The notes below the pieces were generated by a model. The model did not search any database. It was not told the DNA's origin and saw nothing but the letters and a program-made list of their open reading frames with translations. 64,000 nt of DNA from Felis catus (taxonomy: Eukaryota): positions 21,516,001 through 21,580,000 of the forward strand of contig NC_058368.1 of the NCBI RefSeq assembly GCF_018350175.1, in the 5' to 3' direction. Both the position numbers and the translations under genes were made by a program. Below, piece after piece: positions 37,811 through 51,594 of this stretch; within the stretch, counting starts at the first letter, position 1, and every line of letters starts with the position of its first letter.

Positions 37811-38345
37811 TTAGATAGTATTTTCTCATATAGCTTTAACACAAAATAAAAACTCCTAAAGAATGGTTAGCATATAGTACTTTACCTGTTTTACAAATAA
37901 TAATAAATACTATTTATGTAACACATAACGAATAATATTTATGAGTAAATACAGACTCTCCTTCATATAATTTAAAAAAAAGTTCTAATCATTTTATTAA
38001 TAATCCTTTATATCATAATTCTTTAATTAAAGTATCAATTTGGCCTTTAACCAGAATATCCCCTAGGTTCTAGGAAGGTTAGGACTAATACAGTGCTCTT
38101 TGTATCTCCCATGTTGTGCCTTTGTAGAGTTGGTTGGTTGGCTGGTTTATACCCTACTTTGTTCCACGAGAGATTTAAGATTGCTCAATGCCTTTCCATC
38201 AGAGGTGCCAAATTGTGTTGAACTGTATGCTGCTAGGCTGTGTATATATGTTTATAAAGAATATGTTCCAATTACAGCAGCCATAATATTAGATGAATAT
38301 AATTGAATAATACTGAATACCAAAACTGATGTTAACAAAAACAAG

Positions 38346-38383
<38 letters not shown>

Positions 38384-40878
38384 TTTTTTTTTCTCTGTAG
38401 CTTTTTTGAGCACTCACAGAAGAGAAATGCATAAAAGATAAAGTCAGGCTGGGGTAGGTTCAAGGCAGTGAGTTCTTTGGAGTCCCTATCAGATGAGTGG
38501 ATTTCTATCTGTTTAGTTATCCAAACAAACACAACAGAATAGAGATGTGAAGATAACTCAAGATTCTATCATCTCAGCATATAGTCCTTGCAAACTGCTG
38601 TCTTCTGTCTCCTTTTGGTTCTAAAGGAAAAAAGATACAAATCCCTGTTCTCTCTAGGGAGCTAATCCTCTGTTAAAATAGGCAAACCACGCAGCTCTTT
38701 ATGTTTATTTACAGTGTAGAATTATATAGCAGGGTAGAGGTACCAAATGCACTCAATAAATAAAATGCACTTTATTTAAAAGAGAGAAGGATTTCCTGGG
38801 GGAACAAAAGCAGGAATGTTACAGTAATTTTGTGAATCATCCAGGCATAATTACCAACCAACAAAAATAAGATATTCCATGATGCTCTCAGTCTTTATTA
38901 AATTCTGGTTTCTAGGGCATTGTTCTGCTGTTCGCTTTTGTTCAAAGTCTTTACAACCAATACCCCTTATCTGTCAATATATGTACAGGGTGGAAATCTT
39001 TATAATCATGGAAGTTTATGTGCATAAAAGTTGTCTAGGTCCCAGCTCTGAGTGTGCAGTGAGCACAGGCCACAGGAGCATCACTAGGCCCAGGGACCCT
39101 GGGTTGACTGGGTCTTACCGGAGGGATCCTGAAATAACACAGCTAAAAGTGGAGAAACAGAAGCTAAAGTCTCAGCCTGCAAAATGGGCCTTGCATGACA
39201 TCAGAGGGCAAGTAAAGTCAACAATGGGAGAACAGTGGTGGTTAAGACTCAGAAGCTAAGAAAAAGTCTTTAGGAGCCATGAGTCAACTAGAACCATTCA
39301 AAACTAAGGCCAAAATATTCCCCATCCTCCTTTCTCAGTCATTATATTACCAACTTAATTTACACTAAGAAATTAATAGTCATATGAGATGATGATGATG
39401 ATGATGTTGGCACGAGTGGTGTTTTTTTCTCCTTGAATTCTAGACATATGATGTAACAACTCTTAATTATAAGCTACTTTACTGGTTTGCTTGAGTAACC
39501 ACTGTCACAGGGATCAGAAATACTCAAACAGTGGATTCTCTCTGCAGATCAACAGGGGAATCAGAAGATAGCCCGGTGAACGAGGAGTCAGCCAAAGGGA
39601 GTCCAAAGAATCAAGTCACAGTGACATAAGGCTTTGATAGCTTAGGCACCCATCTGACTCTTGGGGCACCTTACTCCCCAAAGCATCTACATTAGGACCA
39701 GAATGGCCACTGGGAATAGAAATGCCAGTTGGCAGTCCTACGGGATCCAAAACTGTGAGAAAGGGAGAAGTTCAGTTTCTACAGGCTAGGGAATATAGAG
39801 GATTTTGCAGTTTATTTTTTGTAAATTGGAGAATTTTTTTTAAATATAAAACATTTTTCATAGGCCCCCTAAAGCCTCCTAGGACCTTGGTATGGAGTCT
39901 GTAGTATCCCATGATAATGGTCCCGACAGTTGTAGCCTCAGCCAGATATGCAGGAACCAGCATTCCTGACAGAATTGAGGGAGTACAGGTACTGGTTACT
40001 GGGACTAAGCCATGGATGGAATGCCCCATAAGAACAGAGCCAAAACTGAATTCCCCAATACCTGGTTCATAGTAGGCAAAAATAAGTATTTGAAAATGAA
40101 TGAACAAATGAACAGGTAAACCAGAAAGCCAAAGTAGAGGAATGATAAGGTAAGTAGTTTTAAGTAGTAAAAACCGCAAGAGATCAGAATCCAGGAAATT
40201 AGATGAAGTCTAAAAGACTACAGCACCTGGTAATCAGAATACAGATCTAATCATAGTCGTGGCCTCTGCATTTCCTGCTGAATTCGGGTGGTATTAAGTT
40301 TCTTGATATTTTTTCCAACATTTTATTATGCAAATGTGTAAACATATAGCAAAATTGAGACAATTTTATAATGAATACTGTACATTTACCATCTGGATTC
40401 TACCCCTAATATTTTATTTTACTTAATCACACATCTATTTATTTCTCTATCCAGTTATCTATTCATCTTATTTTTTATGCATTCCCAGGTAAATTGCCAA
40501 CATCACTATATGTCCCCCTAAATAATTCAACACACATATCATTAACTAGAGTTAAAGATTTGTTGATGGTTTTTTTTTTTAATTTGAAGTGAAATTTATA
40601 TGCAATTAAATGCAAAATCTTACTTGTAAGTCCCAAGTTTTAACAAATGCCTACACCTGTGTATCCCAAATCCCTACTAAGATACAGAACACTACTATCA
40701 CCTCAGAAATTAGTCATAATTTTTTACGAGTGATGATTTTCTTGGTAGAGTGAGGGTAGAAGTGTTGAAACTTCAGTGTGGTCTGATTGCAGCTTAAAAC
40801 AGCAGGGAAGAACTTTCAGGTAGTCCTATGTTGGGGAGTAAGTAGAACCCCATGAGCATCATCTTCAGAAATGATCTC

Positions 40879-41105
40879 AGGGCACATGGGTGGCTCACTT
40901 GGTTAGACAACTGATTCTTGATTTTGGCTCAGGTCATGATCTCACAGCTGGTGGGATGCTCTGCATTGGCAGCGAGGAGCCTGCTTAGGATTCTCTCTTC
41001 CTCTCTCTCTGCCCCTCCCCTGCTTGTGCACACACAGAGAGCTCTCTCTCTCCCTCTCTCTCTTTCTTTCTGTCTCTCTTTCTCAAAATAAATAAGTTTT
41101 TTAAA
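40879..41105 (+). mobile_element. CanSINE
   Basis: aaatgatctca on both flanks. Confidence 0.82.
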
Positions 41106-41699
41106 AATGATCTCAAGGGATCCATAAGAATGATTGATTACTAGCTGTTGTCGAACTTCAGTCTCAAGTTAAAGAAAATACAAGTACAGCCAGGTTGTAG
41201 CAAACTTCTTTCTTCTGTAACATACTCTACACTGACAAACACACAGAAGGAAAGGCACTCGCTTGAATCCCACTTGTACCCCTGACAGGTCTGGAACTCA
41301 GTTGGCCTGACTCACTGCCAGAGTCCAGACTCTTCTGCATGGCTTTCTGCACTGTTTCTAGTACCCAGACAAATTAAATTCCTAAAGCCAATAAGCCAAT
41401 AAGTCTTATTTCCTCTCAGAATTGGGTGCTGAAAACCACTCAAAAAGCTTTCTTAGTATAAATCTTAAGGTAATAAAACACAGTCATTCACATTACCAGA
41501 TTTGATCTTCATTTAACTGGTATTTTGCTGTGCAACATTTCCGATGTGGCTTCTGGCATCAGAATATGGAAGCTGAGTCACATTTGTGTCATACATGGGC
41601 ATTATGATGTCATCAAAATAAAACACCCTTTAAAACTTTTATTATGGAAATACTCAATTATACACGAAAGTAGAGAATATAATAACGAATCTCCATGGA

Positions 41700-44600
41700 C
41701 TTATCACGAGCCCCAACAACTATGTTCTTACTAACATGCATTCAAGATTTGCCCATGTTGTGGCATGAATCAATACAGGGCATGTTGTTCCCCTGTATGG
41801 ATTACCACAGTTTGTTTATTCCTTCACACCTTGATTACTTGTTCAGAGGCAGCTGTGAATACTTACTACCCATTTTTGTGTGAACATAAGTTTTCGTTTT
41901 AATTGGGTAAATACTTAGGAACAGGATTGCTGCTGGACCATGTGATAAAAGTATATTTAACTTTGTAAGCAATGGCAAAATGTTTTTCTTAAGTGGCTGT
42001 ACTATTTTGCATTTCCAGCAGCAATGAATGAGAGTTCCTGTTGCTCCTCGTCATGGCCAACATTTTGTATTCATCTCCTTATTTTAGCCATTCTAATAGA
42101 AGTGTAGTAGTGATGCATTGTAGTTTTAAGTTATGTAACCCTAATGGACTAACGATGTTGAACGCCCTTCCATATATTCATCTGCCATCCATGTATCTTC
42201 TTAGAGAAGTTTCTTTTCAGATATTTTGCCCATTTTTTAATTGGGTTGTTTTATTCCTGTTGAGGTTAAAGAGTTCTTTATACATTCTATTTTTTTTTCA
42301 ACGTTTATTTATTTTTTTGGGGACAGAGAGAGACAGAGCATGAACGGGGGAGGGGCAGAGAGAGAGGGAGACACAGAATCGGAAACAGGCTCCAGGCTCT
42401 GAGCCATCAGCCCAGAGCCTGACGCAGGGCTCGAACTCACGGACCGCGAGATCGTGACCTGGCTGAAGTCGGACGCTTAACCGACTGCGCCACCCAGGCG
42501 CCCCAAGAGTTCTTTATACATTCTAAATAGAACTACCATATGACCCAGTCATTCCACTACTGGGTACCCAAAGAATACAAAAACACTATTTGAAAAGATA
42601 CATGCACCCCTATGTTTATAGCAGCATTATTTACAATTGCCAAACTATGGAAGGAGCCCAAATGTCCATCAATAGATGACTGGATAAAGAAGATGCGGCA
42701 TATGTATACAATTATTCAGCCATAGAAAAGAATGAAATCTTGCCATTGGCAATGACATGGATGGAGCTAGAGAGTATAATGCTAAGTGAAATAAATCAGT
42801 GAGACAAATTCCACATGATTTCACTCTTATGTGAAATTTAAAAAACAAAACAAACAAGCAGTAAAGAGACAAACCAAAAAACTGACTCTTAACTAGAGAG
42901 ATCAAACTGATTGCCAGAGGGGAGGTGGGTGGGAGGATGGGTGAAATAGGTGAAGGGAATTAAGAGGACACGTAACGTGATGAGCGCTGAGTAATGTAGA
43001 GAATTGTTGAATCACCGTATTGTACACCTGAAGCAGATATAACGCCATATGTTAACTATACTAGAATTGATATGAAAAAAAAATAAATTGCATCAGGGGT
43101 GCATGGCTCAGTGAATAAAGCATGCAACTCTTTTTTATTTTTTTTAATTTTTAAAAAATAATTTATTGTCAAATTGGCTTCTATACAACACCCAGTGTTC
43201 ATCCCAACAAGTGCCCTCCTCAATGCCCATCACCCACTTTCCCCTCTCCCGCACCCCCCATCCACCCTCACCTTATTCTCTGTATTTAAGAGTCTCTTAT
43301 GGTTTGCCTTGCTCCCTCTTTGTAACTATTTTTTCCCCTTCCTTTCCCCCATGGTCTTCTGTTAAGTTTCTCAAGATCCATATATGAGTGAAAACATAAA
43401 AGCATGCAACTCTTGATCTCAGGGTTATAAGTTCAAGCCCCACTTTGGGTGTAGAGCCTACTTAAATTATAGCAAAAAAAAGTTTATATATTCTGAATAC
43501 AAGTTCCTCATTAGGGATGTGATCTGCAAATATTTTCTCCCCACTTATTGCTTGTTATTTCATTCTCTTAACAGATTATTTTGCAGAGCAAAAGTTTTTA
43601 ATTTTGATGAAAGTCAGTTTTTCAACTTTTTGTTTTATGGGTTGTGCTTATGGTGTCATTTCTAAAAACAGATCGCCAAATCCAAGATCTCCAATGGCTT
43701 GGTTTTTTCTAGAAGTCTTATAGTTTTACATTAATATTTAGGTCTGTTGAGGTAATTTTTGTATGAGTTACATGTCTAGATTTTCATTTGCACATGGGTG
43801 AATAATTATTCCAGCATCATTTATTGAAGACGCTATCTTTTCTTTATTGAATTGCCTTTGTAACTTTATCAAAAGTTTTTTGCACCTACGTTTTTGTAGG
43901 TTTATTTTTGGCCTCTCTATTTTGATCAATTGATCAATTGACATGTATACATCTATCTTTTTAACGCTACCACACTGTCTTGATTACTATAGCCTTGTAA
44001 TAAGCCTTAAAATTGGGTAGTGTAAATCCTCCAACTTTTTTATTTTGTGTTGTTATTCTTTAAAAAATTGGCTCTTCTCATTTCATAACCTTTTCCATAT
44101 AAAAGCCGAATTCCCTTGTCAATATCTAAAATATGTCTGCTGAGATTTTCCTTGGGATTGTGCTCAATGTGGAGATCGAACCGGAGAGGATTGGCATCTT
44201 AACAATCTGAGTCTTCCAGCCTGTAAATACAGCATGGTCTTCATTTCTCCAGATATTCTCTCCCTATTTCATCAGTGTTTTGTAGTTTTCAGCAAACAGA
44301 TCCTGCCCATATATCACAGATTTATAAATAAGATGTTTATTATAGGAGGTGCTATTTTAAATGTGTTTTAAATTTCAAATTTCAGTTTTTCATTACTGCT
44401 ATAAACATCTGTAGGCAGTTTTGTTGTGTGGAAATAGGTTTTCAGTTCATTTGGTAAACACCAAGAAGCACAATTGCTAGATCATATACTAAGAATATGT
44501 GTGGGGTTGTTGTTTTTTTTAATGCTTATTTATTTATTTTTGAGAGAGAGAACAAGTGTGAACAGAGGAGGGGCAGAGAGGAAGAGCGAGAATCCCAAGC

Positions 44601-46330
44601 AGGCTCCACGCTGCCAGCCCAGAGCCTGATGTGGAGCTTGAAGTCTTGAACTATGAGATCATGACCTGAGACAAAACCAAGAGCCAGAGCCTCAGCCGAC
44701 TGAGCCACCCAAGCGCCCCTCACAATCTGTTTAGTTTTGTAAGAAACTTCCAAACTCTGCTCCAAAGTGATTTTACCATTTGCTTTCCCACCAGCAAATG
44801 TTTGAGAGCTCCTGTTGTTCCACATCCTCACTAGAATTTGATGTTGTCATTCTCAGATTTTGGCCATTCTGATAGGCATGTAGTGGTATCTCATTAGTGC
44901 TTTAATTTGCATTTCCCTGATAACATAGGATGGGAAGCACCCTTCCATATGTTTATTTGCCATCTGTATGTCTTCTTTGGAGAGATGTCTGTTAAGGTCA
45001 TTGGCTTATTTTTAAATCAAGTTGTTTGTTTTCTAATGGTTGAGTTTTGTTTTGTTTTGTTTTTTAGGTTTTTAAAAAATGTTTATTTATTTTTGAGAGA
45101 GAGAGATCATGACCTGAGCTGAAATCAGATGCTTAACCAACTGAGCCACCGGGGCATCCCTCTAACTGTTGAGTTTTAAGAGTTCTTTGTGCATTAAAAA
45201 AAATTTTTTTTAAGTTTATTTATTTTGAGAGAGAGAGGCAGCACGAGTAGGGAATGGGCAGAGAGAGAGAGAGAGAGAGATAGAGAGATCCCAAGCAGGC
45301 TCTGCACTTTCAGCACAGAACCCAATGTGGGGCTCAAATTCATGAAACCATGAGATCATGACCTGAGCCGAAACCAAGGGTCAGAGACTTAACCAACTGA
45401 GCCACCCAGGCGCCCCACGAATTTATACATTTTAGATAACAGTTCTTTATCAGCTGTGTCTTTCGCAAATATTTTTTCTCCGTCTGTGGCTTCTCTTTTC
45501 ATTCTCTTGGCACTGTCTTTCACAGAGCAGAAGTTCTTCATCTTAATGAAGTCCAGCTTATCAATTCATTCTTTCATGCATTGTGATTTTGGTGTTGTGT
45601 CTAAAAAGTCATAACCATATTTAAAGTCACCTAGGTTTTCTTTTATGTTATCTTTTAGGAGTTTTATACTTTTGCCTTTTACATTTATGTCTATGATACA
45701 TTTTCAGTTAATTGTTGTGAAAGGTGTAGGGTCTGTGTCTGGAGATATTATTTTGCATGTGGGTGGCTAGCTGTTCCAGCATCATTTATTGAGAACACTT
45801 GTGTTTGCCCCATTGTATTGCTTTTACTCCTTCGTCAAAGGTCAGATGATTGCGTTTATAAGGGTCTATTCCTGGTAATTTTATTCTGTTCCATTGATCT
45901 TTTGCCTATACTTTCACCAGTAAGATACTATCTCTCTTACTGTACCTTTATACTAAGTCTTGAAGTGGGGCGCCTATACTAAGTCTTGAAGGTGGCTCAG
46001 TCAGTTGGGCGTCTGACTCCTGGTTTCAGCTCAAGTCATGATCTCACAGTTCATGAGATCCAGCCCCGCATTGAGCCCTGTCTTAGCTGCACTGACAGCT
46101 CCGAGCCTGCTTGGAATTCTCTCTCTCTGCACCTCCCCAGTTCATGTGGTTGCTCTCTCTCTCTCTCTCTCAAAATAAATAAATAAATGAACTTAAAAAA
46201 AGGTAACAAGTCTTGAAGTTGGGTAGTGTCAGTCGTCTGACTTTGTTCCTCTTCAGTACTGAGTTGGCTGTTCTGGGCCTTTTACCTCTCCATCAGTTTG
46301 TTGATATCCACAAAATAACCTGTCTGGAAT
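41700..46330 (-). mobile_element. Nested L1 complex: old antisense L1M ORF2/3' sequence with inserted younger L1 3' ends and several CanSINEs
   Basis: Antisense L1 motifs (attttgcatttccagcagcaatgaatgagagttcctgttgctcc; tgcaaatattttctcc; ccagcatcatttattga). Sense L1 3' end 42526-43085; antisense L1 3' end 43133-43398. SINEs at 42290, 43096, 44515, 45060, 45195 and 45967. Confidence 0.82.
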
Positions 46331-46536
46331 AAGAGAGTTTTTCTTTCTGAATTCCAGAACTACATTAATTAGGCATCAGGAACCTCCATTTTCAGATACA
46401 ATTGGAATACATTATTTTATGCACTAAAACAAAGTGATGAATAAAATGGAGCAAGATGACTCCACTTTTTTTTTTTTCTTCAGGGAGTTTCTCCATTTTC
46501 TCATAAGAAGGGATCATTAAAATAACCAGAAGACAG

Positions 46537-46750
46537 GGGTGCTAGGTGGCTCAGTCAGTTGAGCATCCAACTGTTGATTTCAGCTCAGGTCATGATCTCA
46601 AGGCTCTTGAGTTTGAGCCCCCCACTGGGCTCTGCACTGACAGCATGGATCCTGCTTGGGGTTCTCTCTCTCCCTCCCTCTCTGCCCCTTCCCATCTCAT
46701 GCTCTCTCTCTGTCTCTCTCTCAAAACAAATAAATAAATTAAAAAAAAAA
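46537..46750 (+). mobile_element. CanSINE
   Basis: TSD aaaataaccagaagaca. Confidence 0.88.
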
Positions 46751-47601
46751 TAACCAGAAGACAAATGACACCAAATCAGTAAAAGTGTAGATCAAATGGT
46801 CCTTCGGTAACTATTTTCACTCAATTGTAGTTGAGAAATGCGTTGATTAAACTGCTAGCTAAAGCCATGGGAATCTACCCCCAAACCAAGAGCACACTGT
46901 ACACACTGTATGTTAGCCAATTTGACAATAAGTTATATTTACAAAAAAAAAAACAAACAAACAAAACTGCTGGCTAACAAACAAACAAAAAAATTCATAT
47001 GCTTCTCCTGATGCCTAAGTGGCCTTAGTTATGCCATATATGGTGATCTAGACTATAACTACTGGGTGACAATGCCCATGTGGCTTAACCAAAGTAATGG
47101 TGACCCAAACCAAGTTGAACAACAAATCCCAAAGTGGAGCGACCTGTGCTCGTCAGGTTATATTTTTGTATGTGGGAAAGTGTAGGCTACAGAATAACCC
47201 ACTGTTGGAAATGGAGTTGCTTTTTGGCCTAGCTATTGCACTCTGTAATTATTGGCAAAGACACTGTAGATCAGCAGGTCAGTTTAAACTCCCTTGTGTG
47301 GATCATAATGGATTATAGCTTTGCCTTGGACCTCATCCTGGCTGTCTGAAATAAGACTTGCTGATCCCCTTTGGGACATATTCATAGTTGGCTGAATTTG
47401 TGCCCTTGGCAGAGAGGGGTATGATTAAGGTGAAGACTGCAAGGTGGCCTCAGCCTGCTGCTTGGAGTCCTGTTGATAGAAGCTTTGATTAAATGCTGAA
47501 TGAGACAAATTAAATGAATTTGCTCTCAGCCTTTGTGGTCAGATTAATCAGAGTAGCTGATGGGGTGGCATACTCATGTAAAAATTCAGCTTGGCCAAGA
47601 A

Positions 47602-48070
47602 TGTGTTATTGTGGGCTGAGGGGTGGATTGTTGAGAGAGGCAGTCTGCCATGGGCCCTGAGTGTCCCTGCATGTTCTTGCTGGGCATGCCATGAATGCAA
47701 AGCCTTGACCATTCTTTACAGGGCCCATTTCTGCAGGTTGTGTCTTGAGCTGGGGTAATGTCTCCTCCGACGTTCACTTACTAGACAAACAATGAATCTC
47801 CTACACTCAGTGTTTCCTCTAATGCAATTCACTGCATGCCCAGGCATCCATCATGGGCCCTTTGTGTCACTTCTGTGGGACTCGTGAGGCACGGGGAACA
47901 ACACAAAGGAACACGAAGCTCTGAATACACTACTTTTGCTGTGAGCAATAAAGTCCTTTGTCTCTGACTCAGGAATTTTGTGTCTTCTGCCAGCATCCAC
48001 AAAACGGGAACAGGCTAACGTGTTAGCTTATAAGCAGGGTAAAATCCCAAGCTTTGCACAGTTCTTGACA
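47602..48070 (+). mobile_element. ERVL-class LTR, possibly with adjacent internal sequence from about 47045
   Basis: TG...CA ends; aataaagtcctttgtctctgac ... cttctgccagcatcc ... cacagttcttgaca resembles a recalled eutherian ERVL LTR 3' end. Family not certain. Confidence 0.6.
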
Positions 48071-48657
48071 ATACTATGCTTGGATTTGGCTGATGGTGTT
48101 ATGACAGAGTCATTTAACTTGTTCTCCATGTCCATATTTCTTACAAACTAGAAGCCAAATCTGAAAATTTCATCAGATTCAGCTCCAGCTTTCAAGGCAG
48201 AAATACTCTGCATTTGTGCTGTGTTCTTCCTATTGCCCCACATTAGGAGACATAGTGTCAGGTTTTCTACTTTTAGTGAAGCTAAACTTATTCAGCCGAT
48301 TTAGGTGGTTTCAGTACATTAGAAAATTCCCCATCAACATTTCAGCTAATAGTTTGAGCATGCATTGATGATCATTGCCTGGATCTCTTATTTCATTAGT
48401 GGATTTTAAAAGGTGACATTTAAATGGTATCATTCATCCTACATTTATCCACTGTATGCCTTTGGCGAAGGGGAACTTTCTATCATCAAACAATGGGGTT
48501 GCTCTAAAATCAGTTCAGCCCTTTAACCTAGGCAGCCTCTTCCCCAGGCCCCTTGTTTCAGGGTGTCCTACACTTTGAGGTCTTCTTCAAACTGAAACCA
48601 TGGATAAGAGGGGACTACTATACCACCATCAGCCTACATTTGTACTCTCACTTTCAT

Positions 48658-48660
<3 letters not shown>

Positions 48661-48715
<55 letters not shown>

Positions 48716-48830
48716 TATGTATATATATAGTGTAAATATATATATAGTGTAAATATATATACACATATATTTATGTATATATGTACATATATATATACAT
48801 ATATATATGTACATATATATATAGTGTACA
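48661..48830. repeat. (TA)n / TACA low-complexity repeat
   Basis: Directly visible. Confidence 0.95.
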
Positions 48831-48864
48831 TGTATGAATGTTTTTATTTAGCTCTTATTTCAAA

Positions 48865-50800
48865 ATGTCCAACATAAAAAGGCAGTGGTGATATTCAAGT
48901 GTTTATTTGAAGTTGTGTTTCATAACTTTGTTCACAAATAAAGTATCCATTCTGCCAATTTGCTTTTCTAGTAAGGCAATGAAACCATCAAGATTAAGTG
49001 TACATTTTACAGAGAAATTCTGATAAAGTTGGCAAAAATATATATTTCTGATATTTAAGGGAAATGTTAGAAAATCATCATACTGATTGGAATGTGTTTT
49101 TTTTTATCTTCTAAAGAATAAAAGTCTATGGGAAATGGATAAATAGATATATGTAATACTAAAAAATACATAGCATTAAAAAAAAGCCAAATTTCTGATA
49201 CAACAATAGAGTGGATAATTCTCACAGACATTAAGTTGAGTAAGAAGTCCAAATACAAAAGAACACATATGGTAAGATTCTGTTTATAAAAACTTCCACA
49301 ACATGGAAAACTGACTAATGGTAAAAGAAGTCAGAATAGTAGGTATCTTTGGTGTGTGAGGAGTTTTGGGGGAAGGGGCAAAGGGAAACTTTGAGATGCA
49401 GGAAATGTGCTGGATGTTAATGTGGAGGATGGTTATACAGGTCTATATATTTATAAAAACTCATCAAGCTATGTACTTTATGTATTTTACTGCATGAATT
49501 AGTTTCCTATTGTTGCCATACAAGAAACCACAAATTTAGTGGCTGAAAACAACACAAATTTACTGTTACAATTGTAGAGATTAGTCTAAACTGGGTCTGC
49601 AGGGTTGCATTCCTTCAGGATGCTCTAGGGGAGAATCCATCCCAAGGCTTTTTCCAGCTTCTAGAGGCCCACATCACTCCAACCTCTGTTTCCACCTCCT
49701 TCCCTGTCAGACCCTCCTGCTTCCCACCTATAAGAAGCCTTCTGACTAGTTGGCCTACCTGGATAATACAGAATAACCTCCCCATCTCAAAATCCTCCAT
49801 CACATTTGCAAAGTCCCTTTTTTTGAAATAATTGTTAAGTTTATTTATTTATTTTGAAAGAGATAGCACATACAAGCAGGGGAGGGGCAGAGAGGGAGGA
49901 AGAGAGAGAATCCCAAGCAGTCTCTGTGCTGTCAGAGCAGAGCCCGACACAGGGCTCCATCTCAGAAACTTCGAGATCGTGACTTGAGCTGAAATCAGGA
50001 GTCAGATGCTTAACCGACTGAGCCACCCAGGTGCCCCAAATGAGAATTCTTTTTCAAGCTGGAAGAAAATAAGAACAACTTCACTAAAGTCAAAGATAGT
50101 ATCATGGAATTTATTAACAAACTTACACTATTTACAAAAACGTTTTGTTCAAGATTTTTCAATTTCCATCCTTGCAATTAATAGATAGAAATATGCTTAA
50201 TGATGCTGAATTGGAAATGTATTGCGCTCACTTGACTATGATTTTAAACGTCATCATAAATAGATTTAAAGATTTTTTTTTTAATTTAAAATAACAAATT
50301 GGATACTTTATACATTTGAAATGAATGAGGACCATGTTAGCCAACTTAGCAGAAATTATTCAAACATAATTTAAAAAAACTAACAAAAGAAAACAGAAAG
50401 GGCTCCCTGGTGGCTCAGTTGGTTAAGCATCCAACTCTTCACCTCAGTTCAGGGTTATGAGTTCAAGTCCTGAACACCTAGCGTGAAACCCACTTTGAAA
50501 AAAGAGAGAGAGAGAGAGAGAAAACATGAAGATTTTGAGGCCAAAGAGCAATTTAATCAGTCTAATCACACAAGCTTTGAAATCCACCTAAAATGTTCAT
50601 ACCTAGTTTCTTGGAAAGAGCTTCTTACTCGTTGCATTACTTAATTACTTAATTAGTTAGTTGAAATGGGACTCAGTGCAGTAGTGTAGTTACTGCAAAA
50701 GCAACAAAACCAACTGCAAACATAACAGACAAGATTATAGAATCACATTAATAGACTCAAAGCTAATACTATACAATTAGTTGAAATACTAAGTGCACGG
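48865..50800 (+). mobile_element. Degraded, internally deleted hAT (Buster/Charlie-type) transposase fossil, split by later insertions
   Basis: Hand translation. 48865-49020: MSNIKRQW*YSSVYLKLCFI...FSSKAMKPSRLSVHFTEK (BED-finger region). 50056-50133: KLEENKNNFTKVKDSIMEFINKLTLF. 50160-50273: QFPSLQ...DAELEMYCAHLTMILNVIINRFKD. 50657-50719: LVEMGLSAVV*LLQKQQNQLQ (hAT dimerisation motif). Confidence 0.75.
49105..50037. mobile_element. L1 3' end (+, about 49105-49495), MLT1 MaLR LTR fragment (-, about 49495-49820) and CanSINE (-, 49835-50037)
   Basis: ggataattctcacagacattaagttgag (L1); tagtttcctattgttgcc ... ccacaaatttagtggct ... tctaggggagaatcc (MLT1); SINE head. Confidence 0.75.
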
Positions 50801-51594
50801 ATTTTATTAAATTTCATTAACAAGATTGTTTGAAAAATATCTTCTACTACTGCCATCATATTTATATTTATTTAATTTAATATATATTTAATGTTTAGTG
50901 TCATGATAAGAACATTACTTATTGAAATTATTTATTTATTTGGGGGTTATTCCTGGACTGTTTTTCACTCCTAATCTAACACTGTCCTGAGGAAAGTACC
51001 ATACAACTTCTTTTTAGCCTTTTATACTAGTTTCTGTTCTCCATCCAGACGCTATTCTCTGATACTATCAAAGGTTCTGATCTCCAAGATATTGTTAATC
51101 ACAAACAACTGAATGTATGCCTCCTTATTTAATAGTAAGGGCATTATATCGATTTTCTGAAATTATATAGATACGTTATCAATGAGTTACATTTCAGGAG
51201 AGTAAAGAGGACAAAGTATTAGCTGTGTAAAAAGGAAGCGTGGAGTCTGATGAGGATGAGAACCAATGGTTTAAAGGAAGAGTTCCTGGTGAGGTAAAGA
51301 TCAAAGCCAGGATGCCGCATCCTGGGAACTGATGAGGAGAGAGAGGGTAGGAAAGATAAAGACCAACAAAATGGAGGGCCCCCTGAAGGATCCAAGAGGG
51401 AATGTGGTTTTGCTACTAGTCTAGTTGACACAAAAACTCCCAGTAATCGTTATGACCGTGTTTAAAATATGTACACAGGTATTTAAGAGATCTTGGTATC
51501 TGCTTTCTGACTGCTCATATTCAGATTAAACCAACTATGACTATGCTTAGTCAAACAAAACCTTTGTTATCTGAGTTACAAAGTCTTACGTAAT

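Noticed and set aside
33566..40179. 126-138 aa intergenic ORFs (33566-33982, 38879-39259, 39772-40179)
   Set aside because: No recognisable protein features or supporting exon structure; lengths compatible with chance.
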